A stretch of 61,265 nt of DNA, counting the filler, from Aduncisulcus paluster (lineage: Eukaryota), in NCBI GenBank assembly GCA_024181965.1. It is 5 parts of 5 records of this genome, joined end to end, with 100 filler letters (N's around TTAATTAATTAA, not from the genome) between each part and the next. Parts side by side here need not be neighbours in the genome. Positions count along the whole stretch, not along the records: positions 1 to 10,936 come from BQXS01010985.1; 4 more parts are not named here. The stretch is one strand, 5' to 3'. The notes under the pieces were generated by a model. The model was not told the DNA's origin. It saw only the letters and a list, made by a program, of their open reading frames with translations, and searched no databases. The position numbers were made by a program, and so were the translations under genes. Below are positions 1-11,036 of the stretch, one piece after another. The first letter of the stretch is position 1; every line of letters starts with the position of its first letter.

Positions 1-435
1 AGTTTTGAATGGGTTGTTGATAGGTCCACTTCGGAGGTTGAAAATTCACGGGAGTGATGGAAAACCGAAGGAGATTCAAGATCACGCGAAGAATCCAGAG
101 AAAGTGAAGGAATCGTCCTGGAATGTCCTTTTGGAGCTACAGGATCAAGGACTCTCCTTCTCGCTGTTGATTCCGTTGAATTGGCTTGATGAGAAATCAA
201 AGAACTTCCAACTTCCTTTCTCCTCGTTCGCTTGATACGGATTGTAACAATACAATGAGATCTCGAAGAATGGTGACTCATATAGGTTTGGTGGACTTTT
301 CTCCTTTGCATTCCGATACAGATACATTTCAGGGCTTCTTCACAGGACACACATGGGATCCATGAAAGATCTTGAACATACGACGAACCACTTAGAGAAG
401 TTCGGATGGACAAAGTCGGAAAAGGTAATTTCGAT

Positions 436-470
<35 letters not shown>

Positions 471-3400
471 GGAATGAGAAAATCTTGAGGATTTTTGTTT
501 CAACACACTCTCTGCAGTTGTTTGTACAGGGTGTTCGGAAAGCATATCAATAATTGAATTGTTATACAACTCTAACATACTGATACTGACAGAAATACAC
601 TCATTTTGACTTGAAGAAGTGGATCCACTGTACCGCTTGCACGTTTCAAACGCAGAAATCATTGTGTAAAGGGAGTGGAGAGACAGAGGCAAGACACCAC
701 AGTTCAGAGAACTCAAGAGGGAATCAAGGGGAAGAGCTGGAGTAGATGGTTTCGTTAGAGCTGTATACAATGATTTATACACGTTATAAGGCCCATTTAT
801 CGTGTATGTCTTCCCACTATTTGTTTGGCCATAGCACAACACACACACATTCATCCCATCAACAGCACACTCAACGAGTGGATTGATCTCGCTGAAGACA
901 TCCAATTGTGAAGCATCACCTCCAAAGCAGCGGAATACTTCATATTGTGAAGGGGGAAGCGAGGGATGGGAGGAAGTGAGGAGAACAGTGTGGGTGGACA
1001 GAGGAGTGCATCCAATCCCCACGTCCCCGGGTGTACCATCAGAAGGAATTTCTGTCCCAGCTGGAGAAGACGAGGGAGTTGAGGAAATCGGGTTAGAAGA
1101 GAGAGATGAAGGGGCACCTCGTTGTTGGTGGGATTCACGGGAATAATCAGAGTCCACAACTGGACGTACCCGACACAAAACCCGGACATTTCCTTTAATA
1201 TCTTCGATAACACGATATAATTTGGCTGCCTTTGCTTTTTCTAAATGTAAATGATCCTTGAGTTTCTCATTGTCTTTTTTCGACATGGCCAATTCTAATT
1301 TCATTCGATTAACAACCAAACGAAGCTCTTCTTCAGACGCAGAGGAAGTTCCGATAGCTCCCTGAAGAGAAAGGCAGGGAACTGATCGTTTCAAGTCAAG
1401 AAGACGGGTTTGGGAAGCACGAAGCATATTTGTCAGAGTAATCGTTTCTATATTTAGAACCTTATTCGAGTGAGAAAATTGAATAAGTCGGTTGTTTTGA
1501 CTTCGAATTGATCCTTGAAGCTCTTGAATTTGTTTTGACATGGCTTCACATTCTTTGGAATGAAGTATGCCCTGATCGAATAACTTTTGTTGTAAAATTT
1601 GTATTTGTTCGGAGCTTTCTTCTTGGATTTTCTTCATTTCTTTCTTTTTCTCGATATCTTCTCGTTTTCTATATTCCTCTCTCCTCCGTTCTTCTTCCTC
1701 TCTTCTTCTTTCTTCCTCTCTTCTTCTTTCTTCCTCTCTTCTTCTTTCTTCTTCTCTTCTTCTCTCCTCCTCTTCTATTCTCCTCATTTTTGCTCTCTTC
1801 TTCTTCTTCTTTCAACTTCTTTTGACTCTCTATTCTTTTTTGGCGCAATTCTTCTTGTTTTCTCTCCTCTTCCTCTCTTTCTTCTTCCTCTCTTTTCCTT
1901 TCCAACAGTTCTTCCTCTTCTTTCAACTCATCTGTTTCTTTGGATTGAAGATGAGGGAAAATAAACGTCGGCTCAAAACGGTGATTTTCGGCTTCCTTGC
2001 CCCATAAAACTTTCACGTCAATATTGGATAATTCACTTCGTTCATAACTACTATCGCGTCTTTCTTTCGATTTGACTGCCTTATCTGCAAGTCCATCCTC
2101 TTCCTCCTCCTCTCGCAGATTCTTCTTTGGATTCAAGGGTTTCCCTCCTTCACTGCTCATTGGGCCAGTGGAAGTATGAGATCCACCAAGATCAGACAAT
2201 TCGTCTCTCCGAATACCGGCTATAGACTGCTGGATACCGACATGTGATGCCACCAACCGGGCAACTGTCGCTTCTAGCCGTTCCAACCTAGGATCGCTTG
2301 TTCTTCCACTTGTGCTTGAATATTGCAAAGGTTGATTGTTGTGACCTGATTCTCTGTCTGCATGCTTCGTTTTGCCTCCACTCATGCTCATACTCCCTTT
2401 TCTTGGGGAATGGGTCGAGCTTTGATTTCCATATTTCTTCCGACGTGCTTGATTCTTCGTGGATGTATCAGATCGAGCACTGCCAAATGATTCCACACCC
2501 GGATGGGTTGAAGTACTTGAGCTAGAACTGCTTGAACTCACGCTTGTAACATGGTGTGCATGATTTGACGGCAAAGTTGGAGCTTTGAACACTTGGGTGG
2601 GCTGTGTGGTGTTGAATCCACCATAATGGCTATCAGAAAACATAGATGGCACCGAGGTTCCTGTAGTGGCGAGTGGAATGCTACTCTTACGAACAGGAAT
2701 GGAAATAGAAGGTGGTTCGAGTGATGACAATGCGAACTCTTGATCTCTCTGGATTCGTTCTTTTGGTGGCAAGATGGATATCGGAGTTGGATGTTCATCC
2801 TTCTTGCTTCTAATCTGTGGTTTAGAACCTGATATTTGTGAAATTCTTGATCCAACAGATCGAGCACGCATCGAAGAGGAAGGAGAGGTAGCCGTCGAGG
2901 ATGTGTGAGAGGAGATGGTTTTCTGTGACTTTGAGAGATTAAAGAACATCATATGTGTAGATGTCGGTTTTCTCGAAGTTGGTGTCACGGATCGAATCAT
3001 TGACTTATCTTTGATACCCTGGGAGTGCTGGGGGGTAATGGAAGGACTTGCAGCAGATGACATCCGTGGAACACTTTGAGATCTTGGTTCTTTCGATGTT
3101 GATTGTTGGGGAATGCTCTGAGACGAAGGCATAATGGAAATGGCTGGGGTGTGGCTCGTTGGATGGGTGGATATAGCATCGGGAGCACTTTTACGAGCCA
3201 TTTCATCGTCACGAGTTAAGATTGGTTCTGAAGGGGTATGGACAACCGGAGAGGGTGAAGGAGACGATAAAGGAGTAAGACTTCGAACAGACGTAGGACG
3301 AGTAGGATGGCTTGCTGATATAGGACTAGATATTGTTGGAATTTGAGAATTTTTCTGAGGTTTATGGTTAATTGTTGATATTTTTGAGTGTTCAGAAGGA

Positions 3401-3754
3401 TGGGAAGTAGGAGGCAGGTTGGAAAGGAATAAAAGTGAGCCAGGTAGAATATCAATGTCTTTACCTGTCATATTGTCAGATAACTGTTGTTTTCTGTAAT
3501 ATAATACTTGTTCTAATAAAAATTAATCAATATAAAATAAAGAGAGACCGTTAATAAATGTGGAGATGGAAATGTCTAACCAGAATATAATAGAACTAAA
3601 ACGTACGATCATAAGGAATTCCAGTAACCTTAGTAAGATGTTTTTTGATACTAGACACTTTAAGAAGCGGAATTTCATACTTATTTAACTGAATTCTATA
3701 CTTTTTCTTTGTAGGTTGACAAAACACCAAAAATGATATTTTGTTGTCGTTCAT
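1..3754 (-). CDS. Kinesin-14 family (C-terminal motor) protein with N-terminal ubiquitin-like domain; 3'-partial, one intron, one apparent frameshift near 1800
   Basis: Manual translation. The frame open from 1811 to the window edge gives a coiled coil, the neck IEDIKGNVRVLCRVRP (~1205-1160), P-loop YGQTNSGKTYT (~833-801), SMLELYNNSIIDML and switch I SSRSH (~269-255). The upstream ORF 1669-3471 joins through an E/R-rich repeat in another frame. Exon 1 (3754-3607) splices in frame to 3512. Confidence 0.9.
3513..3606 (-). other. Spliceosomal intron (94 nt) in the kinesin gene
   Basis: GTACGT...TTAATTTTTATTAG. Removal gives in-frame ...TGIPYD-Q-QVLYYRKQQLSDNMTG. Confidence 0.85.
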
Positions 3755-4060
3755 AATTTATAATAGCTCTGAAAAAGATATTTTGATTCAATAAAGAATC
3801 TGGGACCAATCCAAAATGGAGATTTCCGAAATCCAACCTGATTTTCAGGGTTTTGGTTTGAAAGAATTAATAATAATACTTGATTCTTTTGTAAATCTCC
3901 AAATTAATATTTTTGAAATTGAAATCTATCTCCTTTTCAATCATTATGAGTATTTAAAAAAAAAACAATGTGAAAATATCCAATGCGAACTTTATAAGAT
4001 TATGTAACATGGAATTTGGATAATTTAAGAATAGAATATTTTCAATAAAAATATGTCGGC

Positions 4061-7000
4061 TTATTTACTCATTTTGGACATCCCAGAGAACTTCTTAAGG
4101 TATACACTGGGAGGCAACTTGCTAAATATAGATTTATGGCTCTCTTCGAACAAGACAAATGGTCTTCCTGTCACTTTTAATGGAATATCAACTCCTTGAT
4201 TGACAACGCACTGTATTACAGACACTCCTTCCTGGTTGAAAGTAATTCCGGCAATGTAATCGTCACCGCACACACAAAACATCTCTGTAGCAACAAGAAG
4301 AGGCTGTGGGGTGGATAAACCTGAGTTTCCAGGACTTATATGAGCTAATTCCTCTTTGCTAGACATGGGATTAATATTGCCGTTACTGGGAATTGAACGA
4401 CCTTCAAGAATTCTAGATTTTGCAATGGTCTTTGAATGCATTTGAATCCTTTCCTTTTGTGATTTTGAAAGCTTTAATTTCTTAAACTGTCTCAAATCCA
4501 CATCTTTTGGCCCAATATACGCAATACCCTTAACACAACCTCCACGAACCATAGGAGCCAAATGAGGTGATGAACGCATAATCACTCTCCGAGTATCAAT
4601 GTTAACAGTCAAAACACCTCCTCCACCACATACACAGACCAGGAAGGAAGAAGAAAAGGCAATATCAACCACAATTGAAGGATGTAGAATATGCGTGGAA
4701 ATTATTTGACTTTGAACAACATCTTGAGAAGGTTGGGACGCTTGGGCGTCAGAGTTTGATTTGGATGAAGTATGTTTATCAATCGCTTTCATCTGTTTGA
4801 CTTGTAATTTCTTTTGTGCTTTTCTATTGACTTTTTTCCCCATTCCTTTGGCATTTGATCCAGCAAGTGAAATAGACCCCCCTGTTTTTGTTAAAGAGAA
4901 GACGTTCCCATTGGTTGCCTTGTTCACCTTGACCTTTTTCTCCATGTGGATATCAGGAAGGTTGACATTTAACGGACCAGTGAGCATATCGAGAGAGTAA
5001 AAAAATACACGTCCGCCAATGACGCTTGCACACATGCTTAGATCATCCTTGACGGCAAGACGGGTGACACTACAAATCGAATCTCTCGGCGACGAGAACA
5101 CGTGCTTGACTTGAATAAACTGTTCAGACGAAATTCCATCGTCGGTCAGAGCTTGATGAATGGCGCATAAAATGACATGGCCATCGAGCGTACCAAGCAA
5201 GAAGAGAGAGGAAGAGAGAGGTTTGCAGCAAGTAGAAGGAGGAAGAGGAGACAATTCCAATTCGTCACTTTCTTCGATATCAGATGTTTCTGCCATCCAT
5301 ATTTTCGAACATTGCGACCCTTTCTTCATCTTTTCACCCAAAATCACTTCATTGGGCAATTTCCACACATAAGTGGCTTCGCTACACCCAACAATGACAC
5401 ATTTACCACAAATAGTGACACATTTCACCCCTTTAAGAGACTTGTCGTGGATTCTGAGCACGAGAGAAGGGGGAATAATTGAAGAATCCAAGGAAGGATG
5501 ATCACTTTCGACATCCGGATGTTTGGTTGATTCTTGAGATTGTGGAACCTTCCAAATATCAACACAGCCATCGCCCTTAAGAAGTTTCTCCTCTTCTTCT
5601 TCTTCATCAATCTCTCGGATAGTTTCTGTTCCTTTGAATATACTGACCTTTGAACTTGCTGATTGCTGGTATGGGGAAAAAGAGGCAATCAAAGTGGAAG
5701 AGATTGGAGGGAGAGATGATAGGGAACGGGATTCAAGGACTATTGAGGAAGTGTCCACCGCTGGATCTGATTTCTCCGTCTCCTCTTCCTCTTCTTCCTC
5801 CTCCTCTTCCTCCTCTTCTTCCTCCTCTTCTTCCTCCTCTTCTTCCTCCTCCTCTTCCTCCGCTACTATCTCTTCTTCCTCTTCTCTCCATTTCGGGAGC
5901 TCAACAGAGGCAACATCGATGTAATTCCACACTTCGTTCAGACCACTGTGTCTTACAACACTCACATCACCAGAAAGGAAGATCTTTCCATCACGACCTG
6001 CACTAAGAGTCGAGTTTCCAATGCTGTAAATTCCCACAACATCATGGGTATGCAAGCGCATTCTTGAGGAAGGGAGCCATGAGTGCACAAACTCTTCATC
6101 GTCATTTGCAGCAACAATGGCATCATCGTCAAATCCAGGCTTTGAATCAGCCCAAATGTCGGCAACTTCTCCAAGGACATCTTCTTCCGCTTCTTCATCT
6201 TCTTCTCCGTCAGTTCTTTTGACGNNNNNNNNNNNNNNNNNNNNTTCTTCCTCCTCTTCTTCCTCCTCTTCTTCCTCCTCCTCTTCCTCCGCTACTATCT
6301 CTTCTTCCTCTTCTCTCCATTTCGGGAGCTCAACAGAGGCAACATCGATGTAATTCCACACTTCGTTCAGACCACTGTGTCTTACAACACTCACATCACC
6401 AGAAAGGAAGATCTTTCCATCACGACCTGCACTAAGAGTCGAGTTTCCAATGCTGTAAATTCCCACAACATCATGGGTATGCAAGCGCATTCTTGAGGAA
6501 GGGAGCCATGAGTGCACAAACTCTTCATCGTCATTTGCAGCAACAATGGCATCATCGTCAAATCCAGGCTTTGAATCAGCCCAAATGTCGGCAACTTCTC
6601 CAAGGACATCTTCTTCCTCTTCTTCATCTTCTTCTCCGTCAGTTCTTTTGACGTGGTCAGAGCGTTTCTCGACGGAATGCCGCAATAATATCATTGTCGG
6701 ATCAACTCCAACGCCGATCACACTGCCATCGTGACAAACACAACCGGCAAGGACATCGGCTTGGCTCTCACGACATACTTGAATGGTGTTCCCATCAAGG
6801 GTGTGGATAGAAAGAGAGTAGGAAGAGCAAGAGAAAATATGACGAGGGAGAGGATTGGGAGAAGATTGGGAAGGGGGTTTTGTGGCTCCAAGAGAATGGA
6901 TGAATGAAGGGGAAGAGGAGGGAGTAGAGGGGGAGGAGAATGAAGGAATGGGAATAAATCCAACATCCCATACACACACATCATCGTTCTCAAGCTTTAT

Positions 7001-7621
7001 CGTAACCATTTCATCCTCATCGACACCACAAATATGAATATGACCATTACTTGTTCCGTAGACAATGGCACGGGAACAAGGGGAAATACTTGAAGATAAA
7101 ACGCTTGGAGGAGCAGTAACATCTCCATCATATCCATGGTAAAACAAAGAACGATATGGTTCTAATCTAAAATCTAACGTATCCATATGAACATGCGAAA
7201 GGCGACATCTACCATCACTGTGTCCTGAACAAAGCAAAAGACCATCAGAGGATATTGATAACGACAAACAGGCTGGAGTTGATTGTAAATGTACTTTGAT
7301 GGGGGCATGTGTATCTAAAGACCATTCTATTATTCCACTTTGTGTTCCTGAAGTTAATAAATGAAAATTCTCCATGAAAAAATCATTTTCAATCTGTTTT
7401 GTTTTGGGATCTCTTGATGGGGGCAAAAATACCATTGATGAAATATTAATGGATTTGTCACCTCTCAATGAATCAATAAAGGTTATTGAATTACTTTCTA
7501 CCCTATATATCTCAATAATGGAACCTCTTGCGGCAGCAAAGAACTTTCCACTTGAATGTAACGCGGTGGCATTAATAGGTTCCGGAGAAGCTCCTAAAAA
7601 CCGACAAGTGGCATTTATCAT
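4061..7621 (-). CDS. UTP4: WD40 protein, UTP4/cirhin-like (U3 snoRNP t-UTP subunit)
   Basis: N-terminal CRF..P..I, IIEWSL, ADVL...GVD, RLHTHDV and C-terminal LPPSVYLKKF match Utp4/CIRH1A motifs. The internal ~143-codon duplication is a gap artefact. Alternative start at 7681. Confidence 0.8.
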   Translation of the reverse strand: MINATCRFLGASPEPINATALHSSGKFFAAARGSIIEIYRVESNSITFIDSLRGDKSINISSMVFLPPSRDPKTKQIENDFFMENFHLLTSGTQSGIIEWSLDTHAPIKVHLQSTPACLSLSISSDGLLLCSGHSDGRCRLSHVHMDTLDFRLEPYRSLFYHGYDGDVTAPPSVLSSSISPCSRAIVYGTSNGHIHICGVDEDEMVTIKLENDDVCVWDVGFIPIPSFSSPSTPSSSPSFIHSLGATKPPSQSSPNPLPRHIFSCSSYSLSIHTLDGNTIQVCRESQADVLAGCVCHDGSVIGVGVDPTMILLRHSVEKRSDHVKRTDGEEDEEEEEDVLGEVADIWADSKPGFDDDAIVAANDDEEFVHSWLPSSRMRLHTHDVVGIYSIGNSTLSAGRDGKIFLSGDVSVVRHSGLNEVWNYIDVASVELPKWREEEEEIVAEEEEEEEEEEEEEEEXXXXXXXVKRTDGEEDEEAEEDVLGEVADIWADSKPGFDDDAIVAANDDEEFVHSWLPSSRMRLHTHDVVGIYSIGNSTLSAGRDGKIFLSGDVSVVRHSGLNEVWNYIDVASVELPKWREEEEEIVAEEEEEEEEEEEEEEEEEEEEEEEEEEETEKSDPAVDTSSIVLESRSLSSLPPISSTLIASFSPYQQSASSKVSIFKGTETIREIDEEEEEEKLLKGDGCVDIWKVPQSQESTKHPDVESDHPSLDSSIIPPSLVLRIHDKSLKGVKCVTICGKCVIVGCSEATYVWKLPNEVILGEKMKKGSQCSKIWMAETSDIEESDELELSPLPPSTCCKPLSSSLFLLGTLDGHVILCAIHQALTDDGISSEQFIQVKHVFSSPRDSICSVTRLAVKDDLSMCASVIGGRVFFYSLDMLTGPLNVNLPDIHMEKKVKVNKATNGNVFSLTKTGGSISLAGSNAKGMGKKVNRKAQKKLQVKQMKAIDKHTSSKSNSDAQASQPSQDVVQSQIISTHILHPSIVVDIAFSSSFLVCVCGGGGVLTVNIDTRRVIMRSSPHLAPMVRGGCVKGIAYIGPKDVDLRQFKKLKLSKSQKERIQMHSKTIAKSRILEGRSIPSNGNINPMSSKEELAHISPGNSGLSTPQPLLVATEMFCVCGDDYIAGITFNQEGVSVIQCVVNQGVDIPLKVTGRPFVLFEESHKSIFSKLPPSVYLKKFSGMSKMSK
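5816..6653. repeat. Duplicated flanks (5816-6224 = 6245-6653) around a 20-N scaffold gap; probable assembly artefact
   Basis: Near-identical 409-nt copies at offset 429 directly abutting the Ns; one A/E codon differs. Confidence 0.85.
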
Positions 7622-7909
7622 TTCACAAACATTGTGATTACATAAAAATAATTTTTCAAGAATTAATTCAGCATCTATCATTGAAATAACAATTCTTGAT
7701 GATAATTATAATGAATATAATATGCAGTTTTAACAAAATTTATTATTTTTAACTAGAGAATTCCCTCCTAACTATGTTCTCCTCTCTATTGACTGAATCA
7801 TGCAGCAAAAACCGTGCATAAGGAATAAGTTAACATCAATAAAATGGCTATAATTCATTATTAATATTTAAAGTTTCAAATATTTGGTATTGATTTTTAT
7901 AGGTTCAGA

Positions 7910-10366
7910 ATGGAATTTATTGCCTATTTTCTTGTCATAATGGAGGTGAATAACTTAATTTCTGCCCTCTGTGGACTTGCAACCCCTCAAAAAATAAGTT
8001 TAAATGATGAGAGAACTCACAAACCAGTCACTATGGCTTCTTTGTGCGATCTCATAAGTTTAAAAAAGCTCACTGCTCCTCCACTTCCTATATTTACATT
8101 ATCTGGAGATATTGAAATCAGTATCTCACATAGACAGATGGCTGAGAAAATATTATCACTAGCTACAATCGTTGCGCAAATCAAAGTTGAATTGCGACAC
8201 ATTGAAAGTCAACAGGAATATTCATCATGCGCCCCGTTGGCAAGTGAATTCACATCAGAACCCGCGTTTTATCCAGCCGCTGGCCTTGTGATTTCTGCTC
8301 TAGCAACAATAGTACGTGAACACATAGAAGCTTTTGAAAAATGTCTAACAAGTCGTGATTTGCAAGAAGGACAGCATAAAATGGAACAAGAGGAGATAAT
8401 TCGTAAATATAAGGAACAAGAAAAGAAATTGCTTGAAATTCGACAAAAACGGGGCCAGGGTGACAAACTCTCGATTAAAGAGGTTTCAGAGGAGACCAGA
8501 CTATTCAATTCCCAGAACAAACTTGCAGTTGAGATTAAAAAACTTAAAGATTCTTCTATTCATACAGCCCTCACTCTTGAATCACTCTTTTTGTGGAGTC
8601 AGATTAAACTCCGTTCAATTCGATGCATCCACTCCATCATACGAAGTATTCACGGATGTCATGGTATTCAGATTCTCAATAAGGTTTTCCCACTCACTTC
8701 AAGTTCTGACAGATTCCTCGGTGTCATTGCCACTGAAATATTTAAACGATGCTATACTCCCTTATATCGAAACATATTTTTATTTTGTCGTGAAGGACGT
8801 GTTCAGGATAAATTTCACGAATTCTTCGTCTCTTGTAAATCTTCTTCGCAGAGACGTTCCTTGAGCATTCCAACTTCATCAACTCCTTATGAACTTTGGA
8901 GGATTAATTATACGCTGAGATCTTCACAAGTCCCCATATTTCTCACTGAACAATTCCTGGCAAAGATCCTCCAATGTGGGAAAACTGTGTGTCTGCTTCG
9001 ACAGAATCAATATAAGCATTATAGTGTTCCTGAGAAGTTGCTGGCCTCTTTTCACCCCGATTTATTGTCCACAAAAGCATCGGAAGGGAAGTCGGTCATG
9101 GCAACAATATCTGATCTTAAAACATTAATTAATACTGTTAGTAAGTGTGTTAATGCTGATGCACTGAAATATTTGAGGAAAGATGACAATCTCATGACTC
9201 ATTTGACACTTGTGAGACGTGTAATGTTGCTTGAAAGTGGTGATTTTGTTTCATATCTTCTTGATAATGATTTGGAAAGACGGTTATCATCATTCCTTGT
9301 GAGTGAAGCTATTGAAAAGACCTCACTGGAATATTGGGGCCGTTCTCTGACTTCTCGCATTGATGTTAAGTTCCAAGTTGACAGTAGTCATGATTTACTT
9401 CAGAAATTATCTTCCGATATTAATTATTTCGGAGTTTCTAATCATTCTAAAGAGAAGGTAGCTTCCGAGCATTCCTCCCTTGCTTCCACTCCTCCTCCTT
9501 CTCCCTCTCCCTCTTCTTCCGTGGCGTCTTTTACTCTTGCCTACTCAGTGTCAGATCTTCCCAGTTCTGTTATTCTCACTCCAACATGCATGGACACGTA
9601 TGGAGAGATGTTCAGATTTATGTGGACGATACGAAAGGCCGAGAAACGACTGACAACTGTCTGGGTGCTGAACACATCTGCCCGGAGAGCTCTATACTTC
9701 CTTCCCAAACGAGTCAAAGCCGAGGTTTCTGATATCTTCAGGGCCATCGGATGCATTCGAGCCCGTCTGTCGCATATCATCATTGGGATTCAGTATTATA
9801 TTCACATGGATGTCCTTGAAGCTGGGTGGATGACCATGCTCGAGAAAATGAAGAAGAGCACTTGCATTCAGGATTTGATTTATTGTCATCGAGACTTTGT
9901 GAGGAAGATATACAATTCAATTCACCTCAGAGTCGCTCAAAGGGAAGAATCAAAGAGACCAAGTAGGGAAGCCATGCCCATTATACCTAGACCTAGTCCA
10001 GAGGGAGAGCAGGAGAAAGAAAAGAAAGAGAGTGTTTCTTCAGCTAGTACTAATAATGGAGCTGTTGATTCAAATGCTTATCTGGCTTTCCATGTTATTC
10101 AGATCTGTGAATATGCACAGGCTTTGTATAAGCAAACAGGTCCTATTTTTGATATAGTTGAGAAAGTATTTGAGAGAGAGCGAAGTGGTTTGGCTTATGA
10201 AAGGAAATCAACACTCGTGGAAGAGGATGAAGCACGGGAGAAGAGTTTACTTGGAACAATACGAGCACTTAAGGAGAGATTGGATAAATTACAGAACTCT
10301 CTATCTATTGAAGAAGAAGAATTACACTCCCTCATCCATCAACTTGAATTAAATATTATGATATAG
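7910..10366 (+). CDS. GCP3: Gamma-tubulin complex component, GCP3/Spc98-like
   Basis: GRIP1/GRIP2 motifs: HEFFV, LWRINYTL..VPIFL, KILQCGK, HL..RRVMLLESGDFV, FTLAY, YGEMFRFMW, IQYYIHMDVLEAGW. The start may be ATG 7940. Confidence 0.85.
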   Translation: MEFIAYFLVIMEVNNLISALCGLATPQKISLNDERTHKPVTMASLCDLISLKKLTAPPLPIFTLSGDIEISISHRQMAEKILSLATIVAQIKVELRHIESQQEYSSCAPLASEFTSEPAFYPAAGLVISALATIVREHIEAFEKCLTSRDLQEGQHKMEQEEIIRKYKEQEKKLLEIRQKRGQGDKLSIKEVSEETRLFNSQNKLAVEIKKLKDSSIHTALTLESLFLWSQIKLRSIRCIHSIIRSIHGCHGIQILNKVFPLTSSSDRFLGVIATEIFKRCYTPLYRNIFLFCREGRVQDKFHEFFVSCKSSSQRRSLSIPTSSTPYELWRINYTLRSSQVPIFLTEQFLAKILQCGKTVCLLRQNQYKHYSVPEKLLASFHPDLLSTKASEGKSVMATISDLKTLINTVSKCVNADALKYLRKDDNLMTHLTLVRRVMLLESGDFVSYLLDNDLERRLSSFLVSEAIEKTSLEYWGRSLTSRIDVKFQVDSSHDLLQKLSSDINYFGVSNHSKEKVASEHSSLASTPPPSPSPSSSVASFTLAYSVSDLPSSVILTPTCMDTYGEMFRFMWTIRKAEKRLTTVWVLNTSARRALYFLPKRVKAEVSDIFRAIGCIRARLSHIIIGIQYYIHMDVLEAGWMTMLEKMKKSTCIQDLIYCHRDFVRKIYNSIHLRVAQREESKRPSREAMPIIPRPSPEGEQEKEKKESVSSASTNNGAVDSNAYLAFHVIQICEYAQALYKQTGPIFDIVEKVFERERSGLAYERKSTLVEEDEAREKSLLGTIRALKERLDKLQNSLSIEEEELHSLIHQLELNIMI

Positions 10367-10723
10367 AAATAAAATTGTAAATATGGTTAAATAAGACATT
10401 TAAATCAAAGTTGCCTCGAAATTGTATTAAATTTTGTTAGAATAACACGGCTGTTGCCAAAAGCAGACGTTTTTATTATTTTCTTTAAGGAGTATTATTA
10501 TTGAATATTTAATATATATTTTATAATACGATTTTAATTAATATATTTATTTCGATATTAGAATGTTTATTACTATCTTATTACCGAAGATCATATTTGA
10601 AAGTTTTTGTGTTTCTTTACAGACTATATTTTACCTTTCTTCGCGCATTCTTTTATTCTCAAACTAGTAAATTTGCTCCACCATCATTATAAAGGTTATT
10701 AAACCAACAATAATATTATTGTT

Positions 10724-10936
10724 ATGCCAAGCCCCACGACCAATATTACCTCATCTCGTGTCGAAGTTCCTACTTTAAAGGAGTATTCTTTGAAAAATTT
10801 GACCGAATTTTTTACTCGTTACGAGGCTTACAAAGCTGATCCCTCTGTTATCAGACCAACTCAATGGCATCGACTTTTCGATCCTCCTCTTTTGGCCGCA
10901 CTACAACTCGTAACAGGTATAAAAACAATTTCTAAT
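10724..10936 (+). CDS. 5' fragment of an unknown ORF cut by the scaffold end (possibly retrotransposon gag-like)
   Basis: ATG-initiated frame open to the Ns after an AT-rich leader; no diagnostic motif. Confidence 0.4.
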
Positions 10937-11036
10937 NNNNNNNNNNNNNNNNNNNNNNNNNNNNNNNNNNNNNNNNNNNNTTAATTAATTAANNNNNNNN
11001 NNNNNNNNNNNNNNNNNNNNNNNNNNNNNNNNNNNN
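10937..11036. other. Artificial scaffold linker
   Basis: 44 N + TTAATTAATTAA (stop in all six frames) + 44 N. Confidence 0.98.

Noticed and set aside
1508-1964. Phe/Leu/Ser-rich plus-strand ORFs (also 19121-19949, 5634-6006, 11237-11935)
   Set aside because: Antisense shadows of GAA/TCC-rich coding repeats.
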